Of a DNA stretch of 64,000 nt, positions 40,560 to 53,051 are shown one piece after another. The notes under the pieces were generated by a model. The model was not told the DNA's origin. It saw only the letters and a program-made list of their open reading frames with translations, and searched no databases. The position numbers and the translations under genes are program-made. The stretch comes from Eledone cirrhosa (Eukaryota): positions 41,664,001-41,728,000 of the forward strand of contig OZ024757.1 in the NCBI GenBank assembly GCA_964016885.1, given 5' to 3'. Position 1 is the first letter of the stretch; each line of letters begins with the position of its first letter.

Positions 40560-40780
40560 CCACGCTTCCACTGTAATGTGGTTGTGTAGGTGTCATGACC
40601 AAAAGCACCCAGTACTCACTGTAAATGTGGTAGGTGTTAGGAAGGGCATCCAGCTGTAGAAACCAACCCAGTCCTGTATGAGTAAGATATGGTCACCTGA
40701 CCTAGCATTGCCCACTACAAGAGAACTCGCCTAACCCATACTATCATGGAGAAATGGACGTAAAACAATAATAATGATGA
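40560..40780 (+). mobile_element. SINE/LINE-UTR copy with GGAAGGGCATCC core and R2-type tail
   Basis: Similarity to 25470-25693. Confidence 0.85.
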
Positions 40781-40951
40781 ACATATATATATATATACAG
40801 ATATATATTGAATGATATATCCCTATATATTTATATATATATACATATATATAAATATACATACATACATGTGTGTATATATATATATATATATACAGGC
40901 ATATATGTATGATATATGCATACATATATATATACATATATATATATATAC

Positions 40952-40986
<35 letters not shown>

Positions 40987-41053
40987 CATATGTATACATA
41001 TATGTATGATATATACATGTGTATATATGTGTGTGTTAATGTCTATATGTGTC

Positions 41054-41089
<36 letters not shown>

Positions 41090-41565
41090 CCACTATACAG
41101 TATATGTCTATCCACACTTATGTTCAGACATACGAGAATACAAAGTATTTAGTCTTGATCAAATGGGAGTTGTATAATTGACTTATTAATGGAAGTATGT
41201 TAGGTAATATATATATATATGTGTGTATATATATGTGTGTGTGTATATATATGTGTGTGTGTGTATATATATGTGTGTGTGTGTATATATATATGTGTGT
41301 GTGTGTGTATATATATGTGTGTGTGTGTATATATATGTGTGTGTGTGTATATATATGTGTGTGTATATATGTGTGTGTATATATATATATGTGTGTGTGT
41401 ATATATATATATATATGTGTTTGTGTGTATATATATGTGTGTGTGTATATATATGTGTGTGTGTATATATATGTGTGTGTATATATATATATATGTGTGT
41501 GTGTATATATATATGTGTGTGTATGTATATATATGTGTGTGTATATATGTGAGTGTGTATATATA

Positions 41566-41602
<37 letters not shown>

Positions 41603-41726
41603 GTGTTTGTGTGTATATATATATATGTGTGTGCGTATATATATATGTGTGCGTGTATATATATGTGTGTGTGTATATATATGTGTGTGTGTGTATATAT
41701 ATATATGTGTGTGTGTCTATATATAT

Positions 41727-41759
<33 letters not shown>

Positions 41760-42157
41760 CACATACAAATATATATATATTTATGTATATACACACATAT
41801 ATGTGTATATATATACACACACACATATATACATATATACATATATATATCGATCTAGCCTGACTCTGGAATCAAAAGCTATATATATATATATACACAC
41901 ACATATATATATATGTATGTATGTATATATGTATGTATGTATAAACGACATGTGTGTGTATGTATGAGTGTTTGTCAGTCTCTCAGATCTTTCAACAAGT
42001 TTACACTTCAATTAAGATGTTTATATTTCGATATATGAGATTTCCCAAACGAATATGGAAATAACATCGTGGAATATCAACTTTACACTCTGTTGGTTTA
42101 GATCACAGTAGTAGTAGTAGTAGTAGTAGTAGTTTGATCCACCTACTGTATATATAA

Positions 42158-42232
<75 letters not shown>

Positions 42233-42237
<5 letters not shown>

Positions 42238-42582
42238 CAAAATGTTAACAAATGAAAAATATTCGCATAATCAAAATATATACTTTATTATATATATTTT
42301 GTCTTGATTATTCAATTCGTGGGAATTGAATAATCAAGACTGTACCGGTATGTCATATATCATATCATATATTTTGTCTGATGAGGACGTACTGGAAAAA
42401 AACAGCACAGTACCTTTGAAATATATATAATAGAGTATATATTTTGATTATGCGAATATTTTTCATTTGTGAACATTTTGAATAATATTAAAAACTCCAG
42501 GAAATCTTTCCTGTTGAGTGCTTCTAATCTATCGTGAAACTGTATTCGTTGAGTAATCAACGAACCTTATTAATCTTTGGTC
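42233..42582 (+). mobile_element. Fold-back hammerhead element related to H7
   Basis: 42233-42299 is an inverted copy of 42419-42485; perfect 18-bp hairpin at 42301-42340; distal TTGAGTGCT at 42514. Confidence 0.8.
42370..42437 (+). ncRNA. Type I hammerhead ribozyme, intact core, G-U-rich stem I
   Basis: TATTTTGT-CTGATGA-GGAC-GTACTG..CAGTAC-CTTT-GAAA-TATATA-TA-ATAGAGTA. Confidence 0.78.
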
Positions 42583-42616
<34 letters not shown>

Positions 42617-42665
42617 ATTATTAATATACGAGTATATGTATGTTATTAGTATATATATATTATCA

Positions 42666-42765
<100 letters not shown>

Positions 42766-43047
42766 TGAGCTTTGCCTTTCATCATTAAGCTGCCACTAAA
42801 ATAAAGTACCAGTAATACGCTGGGATAATTGCTGGCCTTGTGCCGAAAGTAGAACCAATTATTATATACGCTACAAATATTGTCTTTGAAATCTCACAAG
42901 CCACTAGACCAACCAGTGTAATGTCTGTGATATTTGCAGGAATTGTGGAGATATTTGAAGAGAGATATATACATGAAGATATATATATGAATTGCAGATA
43001 TATCAATATATATATATTAAACCAGCTATGTATATACGGATATAATT

Positions 43048-43790
43048 ATAAATGGAAAAGAATGAAACAAAATTTCATTTCTCACTCTTAGTACAGCTGA
43101 TACCTAAATATAAGTATGTATACGTACATATATATATGTGTACAGACATACAGTAGTATGTACATATATACATACATGCACACATATATATATATGTACG
43201 CATGGGTTTACCCAACATTTGTGATAATGTTCGGTTTGTTTGTAAACAAACAGCCAGAATTACCCCATACAGTGCTCGGCAACCATCGTCGCCCTTTTGT
43301 TCAACACTGACACAGAAGCGATGTACTAGTTTCAAGCTTATTAGCTATTGTCAGCATCGTATACCTTTCTGTCAGATGATTGAACGTTTGAAAGCATATA
43401 CTTTCCTTATGCATATTAACGGCTGAGCAGCCTAATTTGCATATCGAGTGAGTTAGTCAGCCGGGCGCATCGAAAACGATAAATGGGAAAAATGAAATTT
43501 CATTTCCCACTCTTAGTACGGCTGTTACTTAAATATAAATATGTATACGTACATACATATATACATATAGACGTACAGTAGTATGTATATATATATACAT
43601 ACATGCACACACATATATATATGTACGTATGGATTTACCGAGCATTTATTATAATTTACAAACAAACCGAACATTATAATAAATGTTTGGTAAATCCATA
43701 CGTACATATATATATGTGTGCATGTATGTATATATATATACATACTACTGTACGTCTGTACACATATATGTATGTACGTATACATACTTA
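43048..43790 (-). mobile_element. Family H8: partial tandem (431-bp period) plus inverted arm, with hammerhead
   Basis: 43048-43228 repeats at 43479-43655; 43655-43790 is the reverse complement of about 43108-43246. Confidence 0.75.
43319..43359 (-). ncRNA. Minimal type I hammerhead with G8 to A change
   Basis: CGATG-CTGACAA-T-AGCT-aata-AGCT-T-GAAA-CTAG-TA-CATCG. Confidence 0.75.
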
Positions 43791-44232
43791 TATATATATA
43801 TATATATATATCTACACGTGAAGATATATATATGTATACATGAAAAGATATATATACATATATATACATGAAGAAAAGACATATATATATATATAAAGCA
43901 TATATATATATGCATAAAGAAAAGATATATATCCATGAAGTAGAATGATGAACATATGATCATGTTGATTATATTGATCATGTATTGATTTCAATTAAAT
44001 ATTAGAGAATTTGATAAAGCAGAACTTGCAATGGCGAGATAGACTCACTGATAACTCTTGCAAGACAAAAGACAGGAGGACAGTTTCTGCCATTTTCTAT
44101 ATATATGTTAATTCTGGTGTGTGTTTCTAGTAATGTTAGCATCTCAAAGGTATATATGTATGTATATATATGTGTATGTATATATATATGCGTGTGTGTG
44201 TGTAGGTGTGTCTTTATATATATATACCTGTA

Positions 44233-44301
<69 letters not shown>

Positions 44302-44304
44302 GTA

Positions 44305-44350
<46 letters not shown>

Positions 44351-45326
44351 TATATATATACATTCATATACATATATGTATATGTGTATATATATATATA
44401 TTATATATGTATATATATATGTATGTATATATATATACATTTATATACATATATATATATATGTACATATGTATGTATATATACATTCATATACATATAT
44501 ATAAATATATATACATTCATATATATATATATATATATAGTTTTTTTTCTCATAGAATGTTTGACATGTACATAACTCTATTTGTTTTCTTGCAGGTTAT
44601 TCCTTGTTGTTGTTGTTGTTGTCTTTAGATAGAATGTAGAGTCAGACAAAACTGATATATTACGACGTCATCAATAACCAATCAGGAACAAAATAACCAA
44701 TTTCAAAGACTGTGATTAATGCATTTATTTGCATATATTTCTTTATTTCGTTTAGTTAGACTTTTCTTTTTGATAGTTTTTTTTTTTGTAGTTGTTGTTG
44801 GTGATGGTGTTGTTGGTGATGGTGTATTGTTGTTGTTGTTGTTGATGTTGCTGTTGTTGTTTTTATTGCTGGTGATGTTGTTGGTGATGTTGTTGTTGTT
44901 GTTGTTGATGTTGCTGGTGTTGTTGATGTTGCTGGTGATGTTGTTGTTGGAGGTGGTGGTGTTGTTGGTGATGTTGTTGTTGTTGTTGTTGATGTTGCTG
45001 TTGTTGTTGCTGGTGATGTTGTTCTTGGAGGTGGTGGTGTTGTTGTTGGTGATATTGTCGTTGTTGTTGCTGGTGTTGTTGCTATTGTTTCAGTAATACA
45101 GATATATTACTTTCTCTCCCTTGCCACCCTCATCTACCCCACCACACCCCTTACTACCTTTCTATCTCTTCTTCCATTACTCCCCTCCCCTCTCACACAC
45201 CCCACGCCAACCTCTCCCCCACCCCCACCCTTCACATGTTTCGTAACAGAAACATTCTAAGATCTATCGCAGAAATTTATTTACTTGCATCAGAGAATTA
45301 AATAGAAATAAGATATTGGCTTGCAG

Positions 45327-45861
45327 AAAAAAAGCACCCAGTACTCACTGTAAAGTGGTTGTGTAGGTGCCACAGTAAAAAAAGCACCCAGTACTCACTG
45401 TAAAGTGATTGTGTAGGTGCCACAGTAAAAAAAGCACCCAGTACTCACTGAAAAGTGGTTGTGTAGGTGCCACAGTAAAAAAAGTACCCAGTACTCACTG
45501 TAAAGTGGTTGTGTAGGTGCCACAGTAAAAAAAGCACCCAGTACTCACTGTAAAGTGGTTGTGTAGGTGCCACAGTAAAAAAAGCACCCAGCACTCACTG
45601 TAAAGTGGTTGTGTAGGTGCCACAGTAAAAAAAGCACCCAGCACTCACTGTAAAGTGGTTGTGTAGGTGCCACAGTAAAAAAAGCACCCAGCACTCACTG
45701 TAAAGTGGTTGGTGTTAGGAAGGTCATCCAGCTGTAGAAACCAAGCCAAAATCAGTTCTGTATGAGCAAGACATTGTCAACTGACCTGGCATTGCTCACA
45801 ACAGGACAACTCATCTAACCCATGCTAGTGTGGAAAATGGACGTTAAACGGTGATGATGAT
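45327..45861 (+). mobile_element. SINE/LINE-UTR copy with a 50-bp module amplified about 7.7 times, then core and R2-type tail
   Basis: Unit AAAAAAAGCACCCAGTACTCACTGTAAAGTGGTTGTGTAGGTGCCACAGT starts every 50 bp from 45327 to 45677. Confidence 0.92.
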
Positions 45862-45897
<36 letters not shown>

Positions 45898-45900
45898 AAC

Positions 45901-46202
45901 ATCATTCATCATTTCATTTTACGTCCACTTTTCCCTGCTTGCAAGGGTGGGACGGGAACTGATTCTGGCTACGTTTCTACAGCTGGATGCCCTTCCTAAC
46001 ACCAACCTCATTTACAGTGAGTGCTGGGTGCTTTTTTTGCCGTGGCACCTCCACGACCACTTTACAGTGGAATGATAGGGACCCCAGTCCCTATCATCTC
46101 ATTTCTACAGCTGAGTAAACTGGAGCAATGTGTAATAAAGTGCCTTGCTCAAGGAAACAACACATCAACCGGTCTGAGAATTGAACTCACAACCTTTCGA
46201 TT

Positions 46203-46208
<6 letters not shown>
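45901..46208 (-). mobile_element. SINE family A, head truncated
   Basis: Reverse complement of family A lacking the A-box region. Confidence 0.92.
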
Positions 46209-46240
<32 letters not shown>

Positions 46241-46241
<1 letters not shown>

Positions 46242-46480
46242 TGTTGAAAAAGTTTTGTAGAAATATCCAAGGGTAAGAGCACTCAGTCCATAGGACGAGT
46301 TTAGTATAAATAATTACAACAGTGACTTAAACAGGTTCTTAAGATTCGTTGGGTTCAGCCTGCCGCAAGAAAAATAAATATTTTTTAATTTTTCTTATGT
46401 CAGGCTGAATGTGTCGGGGTTCAAAACCCAATGAAAGTACCTGTTTATGTCACTGTTGTAATATATATATTACAACAGTG
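46241..46480. mobile_element. Fold-back element family H9 with degenerate hammerheads in both arms
   Basis: Arms 46313-46377 and 46389-46462; stem I CAGG/CCTG brackets CTGAA..GAA in each arm; GAGCACTCA at 46277. Confidence 0.7.
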
Positions 46481-46673
46481 GACTATGTTCTCCACGGTAT
46501 TATGAGGGTTCACAGGCAACCTGATGCAAGACCTCAGGCCAGGGAGATCCATAGTTGTTGTCAGTGTGCAAAGGAATGCAAGTCTCTAGCAGGCTTGAAT
46601 AGTCATATCCGAGTGTCACACATCTGAATCTGACAAGCGATTGCAATACTCTTAGCAGAGTTTGCAGCCATCA
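46481..46673 (+). mobile_element. 3' end of an RTE (BovB-like) LINE with terminal C2H2 finger
   Basis: CQCAKECKSLAGLNSHIRVSH then stop 46627, short UTR ending GCAGCCATCAT and (TA)n, as in RTE-BovB termini. Confidence 0.7.
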
Positions 46674-47104
46674 TATATATAAATATATAAATATATAAAT
46701 ATATATATATACATGCATTTAATTACGTCAGAAATAAGAATTTAGTTAACTTTTCTAATTATTGGTTACATGAAATAATTCTTGCATCTCTTGGTTTTCT
46801 CTTAGAATAATTAAAGAGAAATAACCTCGACATGAAATTTGATTATTACAAATTTATTAAATTTTTGGTTGTTTTTTTTTTTTACTTCATTCGGAGCTGA
46901 TTTTTATGTCCACAACTCTGCTTATTAATGGTATAGATTGATAGTATTCTGTTACACACATATACATGTGTATATATATACACACACACACACACAGATC
47001 CATATACATATATACATACTTATATAATTGTGTATATATGTGTATATATATATATATACAGTGATATATATATATATATATATGTGTATATATATATATA
47101 TACA

Positions 47105-47165
<61 letters not shown>

Positions 47166-47268
47166 TGATATATATATATATGCATACTTATATATGTATA
47201 TCATCATCACCATTTTACATCCATTCTTCCATGCTAGCATGGGGTGTGTGTATATATATATACATATA

Positions 47269-47318
<50 letters not shown>

Positions 47319-47376
47319 AATCTGTATATATATATATATATACATAAATCTGTATATATATATATATATACATATA

Positions 47377-47418
<42 letters not shown>

Positions 47419-47498
47419 TCTGTATATACATATATATATATATACATATATCTGTATATATATATACATATATCTGTATATATATATATATATATCTG

Positions 47499-47562
<64 letters not shown>

Positions 47563-47672
47563 CATATATATATGTGTGTGTGTGTATATATATATATATC
47601 TCCAGATATGCATACACAAATATATGTGTATATATATATATATACAGTGAGATATATATATATATACATACT

Positions 47673-47706
<34 letters not shown>

Positions 47707-47721
47707 ATACATATATATATA

Positions 47722-47752
<31 letters not shown>

Positions 47753-48769
47753 CTCCAGATATGTATACACAAATATATGCACACACACCCACAAACACAA
47801 CACATCACACACACACATAAACATACACCTACACACACAACCCCACCCCAACACACAATCCCACCGCCCACCTACCCAACACACCCCTATCATAAAGTCT
47901 AGAAATGCATCCCATTATTCCAACTAAGAGAATTTTATTTTGTTTAAATTTCTCAATTTTTTCCAATTTTTTCATTTTTTTTCTCTATCTTAATTTCGTA
48001 AATAAATACAGCAGTAACTTTATTTCAGTAATTTTGTAATTTCATTTCACAAAACAAATATTCTATTTTGTAACATATTTATTATTTTCTGCAGGGAAAA
48101 ATAAATTTTATTTTCTTCCTTATTTTGTATATTTTATTTATTTTTTTTTTTATTATTAATTTTTTTTTTTTTTTAATATTTTTATATATATTTTTATTTA
48201 TTATAAATTTATTTCATTTTTTATTTTTTATTTTTTTGTTTTTATTATAAATTTGCTTTATTTTTTTCTATTTTTTTAATTTTTATTATAAATTTATTTT
48301 ATTTTTTTATTTTATTTTTATTTTTCCCGCCAGAAGGTTTATAAAGTTTCTTGTGAGTGTTGTTGCTGACAATCAGTGACTACTAAATTTAAATTATTAA
48401 TTATAAAGACTACAAAATATTTAATTACAACAATGGAGATAGTTTTCAGATAGACACAAGTACACAGATTCATAGTCAAGAAGAAAATTACTCTCGGGTC
48501 CCATATAATAAGGGTTTGGGTGGAGGAGAATAAGTGTAGGGTGGGAAAATTGGTAATTTTTCTACATTGTCTTAAAAACCAGAATTGTTTAGTTTACATA
48601 CTGAGACCCCAACCCATCCTATTTATTTTATAACATATGGGATTTCTAGTAATGTACTTTTTTGTCATGGATAATGTTTTTTAATGTCTAAAGAAAATTG
48701 TCGCAGGTATGCTAACACTTAAGATAAAATTTCAGTGGACTCTCTCTCTCTCTAAAGACACAACACATT

Positions 48770-49397
48770 GCTGGGGAATCGAACTCACACCCTTAGGATC
48801 ATGAGACAAATACTTTTACCGCTATATTATCATGTGACATGCTCCTGGAGAGAACACTCTGGGGGATTGAACTCACAACCTTAGGATTTCTAGACAAATT
48901 CCTTAACCACTAAGCCATCTGTTGTCTTGATATGGTATAAAAGTATATATTATTATGTAATGTATTGCTAGAGAGAACACACAACTTACTTCATATAAAG
49001 ACACATCACACACTAAGGAATCAAACTCACGACCTTGGGATCTCAAAACAAACACCTTTACCACTAAGCCACCTATATTACCACGTGATATGTTACTAAA
49101 GATAAGACTCTGGGGAATCAAACTGAAGACCTTAGGATCTCAAGACAAACACCTTTACCACTAAACCACCTATATTACCACGTGATATGTTACTAGAGAT
49201 AAGACTCTGGGGAATCAAACTGAAGACCTTAGGATCTCAAGACAAACACCTTTACCACTAAGCCACCTATATTACCACGTGATATGTTACTAGAGATAAG
49301 ACTCTGGGGAATCAAACTGAAGACTTTAGGATCTCAAGACAAACACCTTTACCACTAAGCCACCTATATTACCACGTGATATGTTACTAGAGATAAC
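48770..49397 (-). repeat. Array of tRNA-like SINE heads: four units at 97-bp period plus two older copies
   Basis: ACCTATATTACC marker at 49071, 49168, 49265 and 49362; minus strand GGTGGCTTAGTGGTAAAGGTG..GTTTGATTCC (A and B boxes). Confidence 0.85.
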
Positions 49398-49689
49398 ACA
49401 TGACTTACACTGAATTCAACAAGATTAATGGAAATATTCAGCTGATAAAGTTGACAATGTAATCTTGCTGTTAATTGTTGTTGGAACTCTTTGGATAAGT
49501 TTGGAATCGGTTAATTCAATGATATTTCATTTACTTCCTCTCTCGTACTTTTAATCTTGTCAATATCGACATCACTTTTATACAGTCGCACCTTCTCCTC
49601 CTTTCATCTTTGTCTTTTTATTTTTATTTTTTTATTTCTATTTTTATTTTTGCTCTTTCTTTAATGCTCACACCTACTTTATTTCTCCG

Positions 49690-49965
49690 TCTATTATCTA
49701 TTTATGTTTGTCTGTCTATCTATCTGTCTCTCTATCTATCTGTCTCTCTATCTATCTGTCTATCTGTCTATCTCTCTGTCACTCTGTATATTTATCCATC
49801 TATCTATCAATCTATCTATTTATGTCTGTCTGTCTGTCTATCCATCTATTTTTCTGTCTATCCATCTATTTTTCTGTCTATCCATCTATTTTTCTGTCTA
49901 TCCATCTATTTTTCTGTCTATCCATCTATTTTTCTGTCTATCCATCTATTTTTCTGTCTATCTAC
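49690..49965. repeat. (TCTA/TCTG) microsatellite grading into a 20-bp unit TCTATCCATCTATTTTTCTG x6
   Basis: Direct reading. Confidence 0.92.
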
Positions 49966-50755
49966 CTATTTATTTATATAATTATCCCTCTATCTATCAG
50001 ATTGTAGGTGAGTAAGATGAAAGATCAAGGGAGCACCCTCTCTCTGTGCTCCTGAGGAGAAGGGTTGCACACTTTTTCGGGCCCCCCCCCCCAAGGCGCC
50101 TCCTATTGAGGATTTTTTTATTCAATTTATTTTTGTTATATTTTATATTTTATATTTTTATATCTTGTTATTGCCTCCTCCTTAGTGAGGACGCCTTGTT
50201 ATGTAAACTCCCCCCATTTTACTTGTCCCACTCTTTGATGCCCTGGTGGCAAATAAAAAGAAAGTTATCTATCTATCTATTTATTTATATGACTATCTAT
50301 CTATCTGTCTGTCAGTATATATATCTACCTATCTATTTAACTATATATATACCTATCTATCTATTTACCACCACAACTCACGCATTACACCACCACCACC
50401 ACCACCACCACCATACGTCTGTCTACTTGTCGGTCTTAATTTGACCATCTTTCTTATGAAGAAGCTATTATTTCGAAATGGAAATCTTCTGATGATAAAC
50501 AACAGACCAAAACAGAATTGTCATCAATTTATTGCAACAATTAATATCACTTTCTTATTATCTTCGTCTTCCATTGCTGCTGATGATGGTGATGGTGATG
50601 ATGGTGATGGTGATGATGGAGATGATGTTGTTGTTGTTGTTGTTGTTGTTAATATTGGAGATTTACTGCTGTTTATTATATTAGTTTCATTTCTTATCAC
50701 TTCCGTTACCATATTTCTAATGAAAGACACTGTTGCTGTTTGGAACAAAACTTAA

Positions 50756-51029
50756 CCCTTTACCATTTCAACCAGCCATACCTGGCCAGAATTTTCTCAC
50801 CTCTTTCTGTTTAAATCAGTCATATCTGGCTAGAAATCTCTCGCATCTTTCTGTTCAAACTGGTCATATCCAGCCAGAATTCTCACACCTCTTTCTGTTC
50901 AAACCAGGTGTAACTGGCCACTCATACTGATGTTAAGCTACTGTTCTCAAAATAAATGAAATCAAAATCTCATAGATTCGATATTATGTGAGATAATTGT
51001 GTGAGGCTTTGACCATGAAAATACAATTA
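50756..51029 (+). mobile_element. piggyBac-like MITE, right end missing
   Basis: TTAA-CCCTTTACCATTT start, three internal ~44-bp repeats, body shared with 58184. Confidence 0.8.
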
Positions 51030-51049
51030 TACTCACACACATATATATA

Positions 51050-51207
51050 TCATCATCATCATCATCATGATCATTTTACGTCCGCTTTTCCCTGCTTGCA
51101 AGGGTGGGACGGGTCCTATTCAGCAAAGCATCTCTCCACGTGTCACGGTCCTTCGTCATCTCCTCCATGAGCTTAAGTAATCTGTGGCCTGCTCTCACCA
51201 CCTCTGC

Positions 51208-51211
<4 letters not shown>
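51050..51211 (-). mobile_element. 3' fragment of RTE family R1
   Basis: Reverse complement of about 1115-1277; (TA)n on both sides. Confidence 0.92.
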
Positions 51212-51247
<36 letters not shown>

Positions 51248-51277
51248 AAATCAAAAGATGGTTAAAAGAGTTCCATG

Positions 51278-51348
51278 TATTTTATTATGCGCATTTCAAA
51301 AACAAATATCATCATGGGAAGATATTTGCGTTCTCATCAGATAAAATA
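51278..51348 (-). ncRNA. Type I hammerhead, intact core, stem III palindrome ATGCGCAT
   Basis: Minus strand TATTTTAT-CTGATGA-GAACGCAAATATCTTCCCATGATGATATTTGTTTTT-GAAA-TGCGCA-TA-ATAAAAATA. Confidence 0.82.
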
Positions 51349-51463
51349 GGGAGACATATGAAGTTTAAAAAACACTTGCGAGCAGTGAAGTGTTAAATCA
51401 ACATATTATAAATTAACACTTCACTGCTCGCAAGTGTTTTTTAAGCTTCATATCATGTCTCCC

Positions 51464-51534
51464 TATTTTATCTGATGAGAACGCAAATATCATCCCATGA
51501 TGATAGTTGTTTTTGAAATGCACATAATAAAATA
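51464..51534 (+). ncRNA. Type I hammerhead, intact core, one change in the stem III palindrome
   Basis: TATTTTAT-CTGATGA-GAACGCAAATATCATC-ccat-GATGATAGTTGTTTTT-GAAA-TGCACA-TA-ATAAAATA. Confidence 0.82.
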
Positions 51535-51657
51535 CATGGAACTCTTTTAACCATCTTTTGATTTTATATTATTTATACTCCAGTCCTATAAACTGTTGAG
51601 TGCTACTTATCCGATATTTGCACATTGCTTTATTGTGCTACAATAAAACTCACCTCC

Positions 51658-51707
<50 letters not shown>

Positions 51708-52469
51708 CATCTAAGGTATACATATAATGATTTAACATCCACTTTCCTACTAGCAAGAGTTGGACCAATATTGACGCTTATATATATATATATATATATA
51801 TACTTTTCCGTATATATATATGAATATATATATACTGTTCAGTGTATATATATATATATATATAGGTGATTGAAATTGTCTTTGTTTTATTTCTTGTCTG
51901 ATGTTTTCAACTTTTTTGTTGGAATTTGTATTCTATTTTTTACTTTTTTTGTTCTCTTTTTTTTTTCTGCGTATGTTTTTGTTTTTCTTTTAATCTTTTC
52001 ACTTATCTTATTGTCAACTAAATTCTTTTCACAAGAAAATGTTTTAATATTCCTCATGCAAAATCAAATTGATCAGTTCTTCTGAGACAGACAGAGACAT
52101 AAGGAATGGTTACAAAAAATATATCATATAAAATGTATAAAATATATAGCGCCTGTTATATACATTTTTCTTCTTTTTCTTTTTTACTTAAGTAACTTCT
52201 TCCTTTATATTTTTGTATATATATAGGTATATATACATATATATATATGTGTGTGTGTTTGTATATATGTATATATATGCATATGTGTATATGTATATAT
52301 ATGTATATATGTGTGTATATATATGTATATATATATATAGAGAGATACATATTTATATATATGTATATATATAAATATATAAATATATATATATATACAT
52401 TTATATATATATATATGTGTCTGTGTGTGTGTATATATATATGTATAGATGTGTGTATAAATATATATG

Positions 52470-52500
<31 letters not shown>

Positions 52501-52502
52501 GC

Positions 52503-52534
<32 letters not shown>

Positions 52535-52547
52535 GTATATATGCATG

Positions 52548-52578
<31 letters not shown>

Positions 52579-52687
52579 GTATATATATATATATGTATAT
52601 ATATATATGTATATATATATATGTATATATATGTATATATATATATATGTATATGTATATATGTATATATATATATGTATATATATG

Positions 52688-52721
<34 letters not shown>

Positions 52722-52731
52722 TGCATATATG

Positions 52732-52788
<57 letters not shown>

Positions 52789-53019
52789 GCATATATGTAT
52801 ATATATATATGTATATATGTATATATATGTATATATATATATGCATATATGTATATATATATATGCATATATGTATATATATATATGCATATATGTATAT
52901 ATATGTGTATATATATATATATATATATGCATATATGTATATATATATATGCATATATGTATATATATATATGCATATATGTATATATATGTGTATATAT
53001 ATATATATATACATATATG

Positions 53020-53051
<32 letters not shown>

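Larger units (their letters stand above)
51241..51660 (+). mobile_element. Fold-back element family H10: ~157-bp inverted arms, hammerhead on each strand, distal tail
   Basis: 51241-51396 pairs with 51413-51571; a fragment of the family lies at 4313-4362. Confidence 0.88.

Noticed and set aside
45327-45710. CRISPR array
   Set aside because: Pure tandem repeat with no unique spacers.
46409-46627. Host C2H2 zinc-finger gene
   Set aside because: Single finger without TGEKP linkers, followed by a short RTE-type UTR and (TA)n; the ORF start lies in a different repeat.
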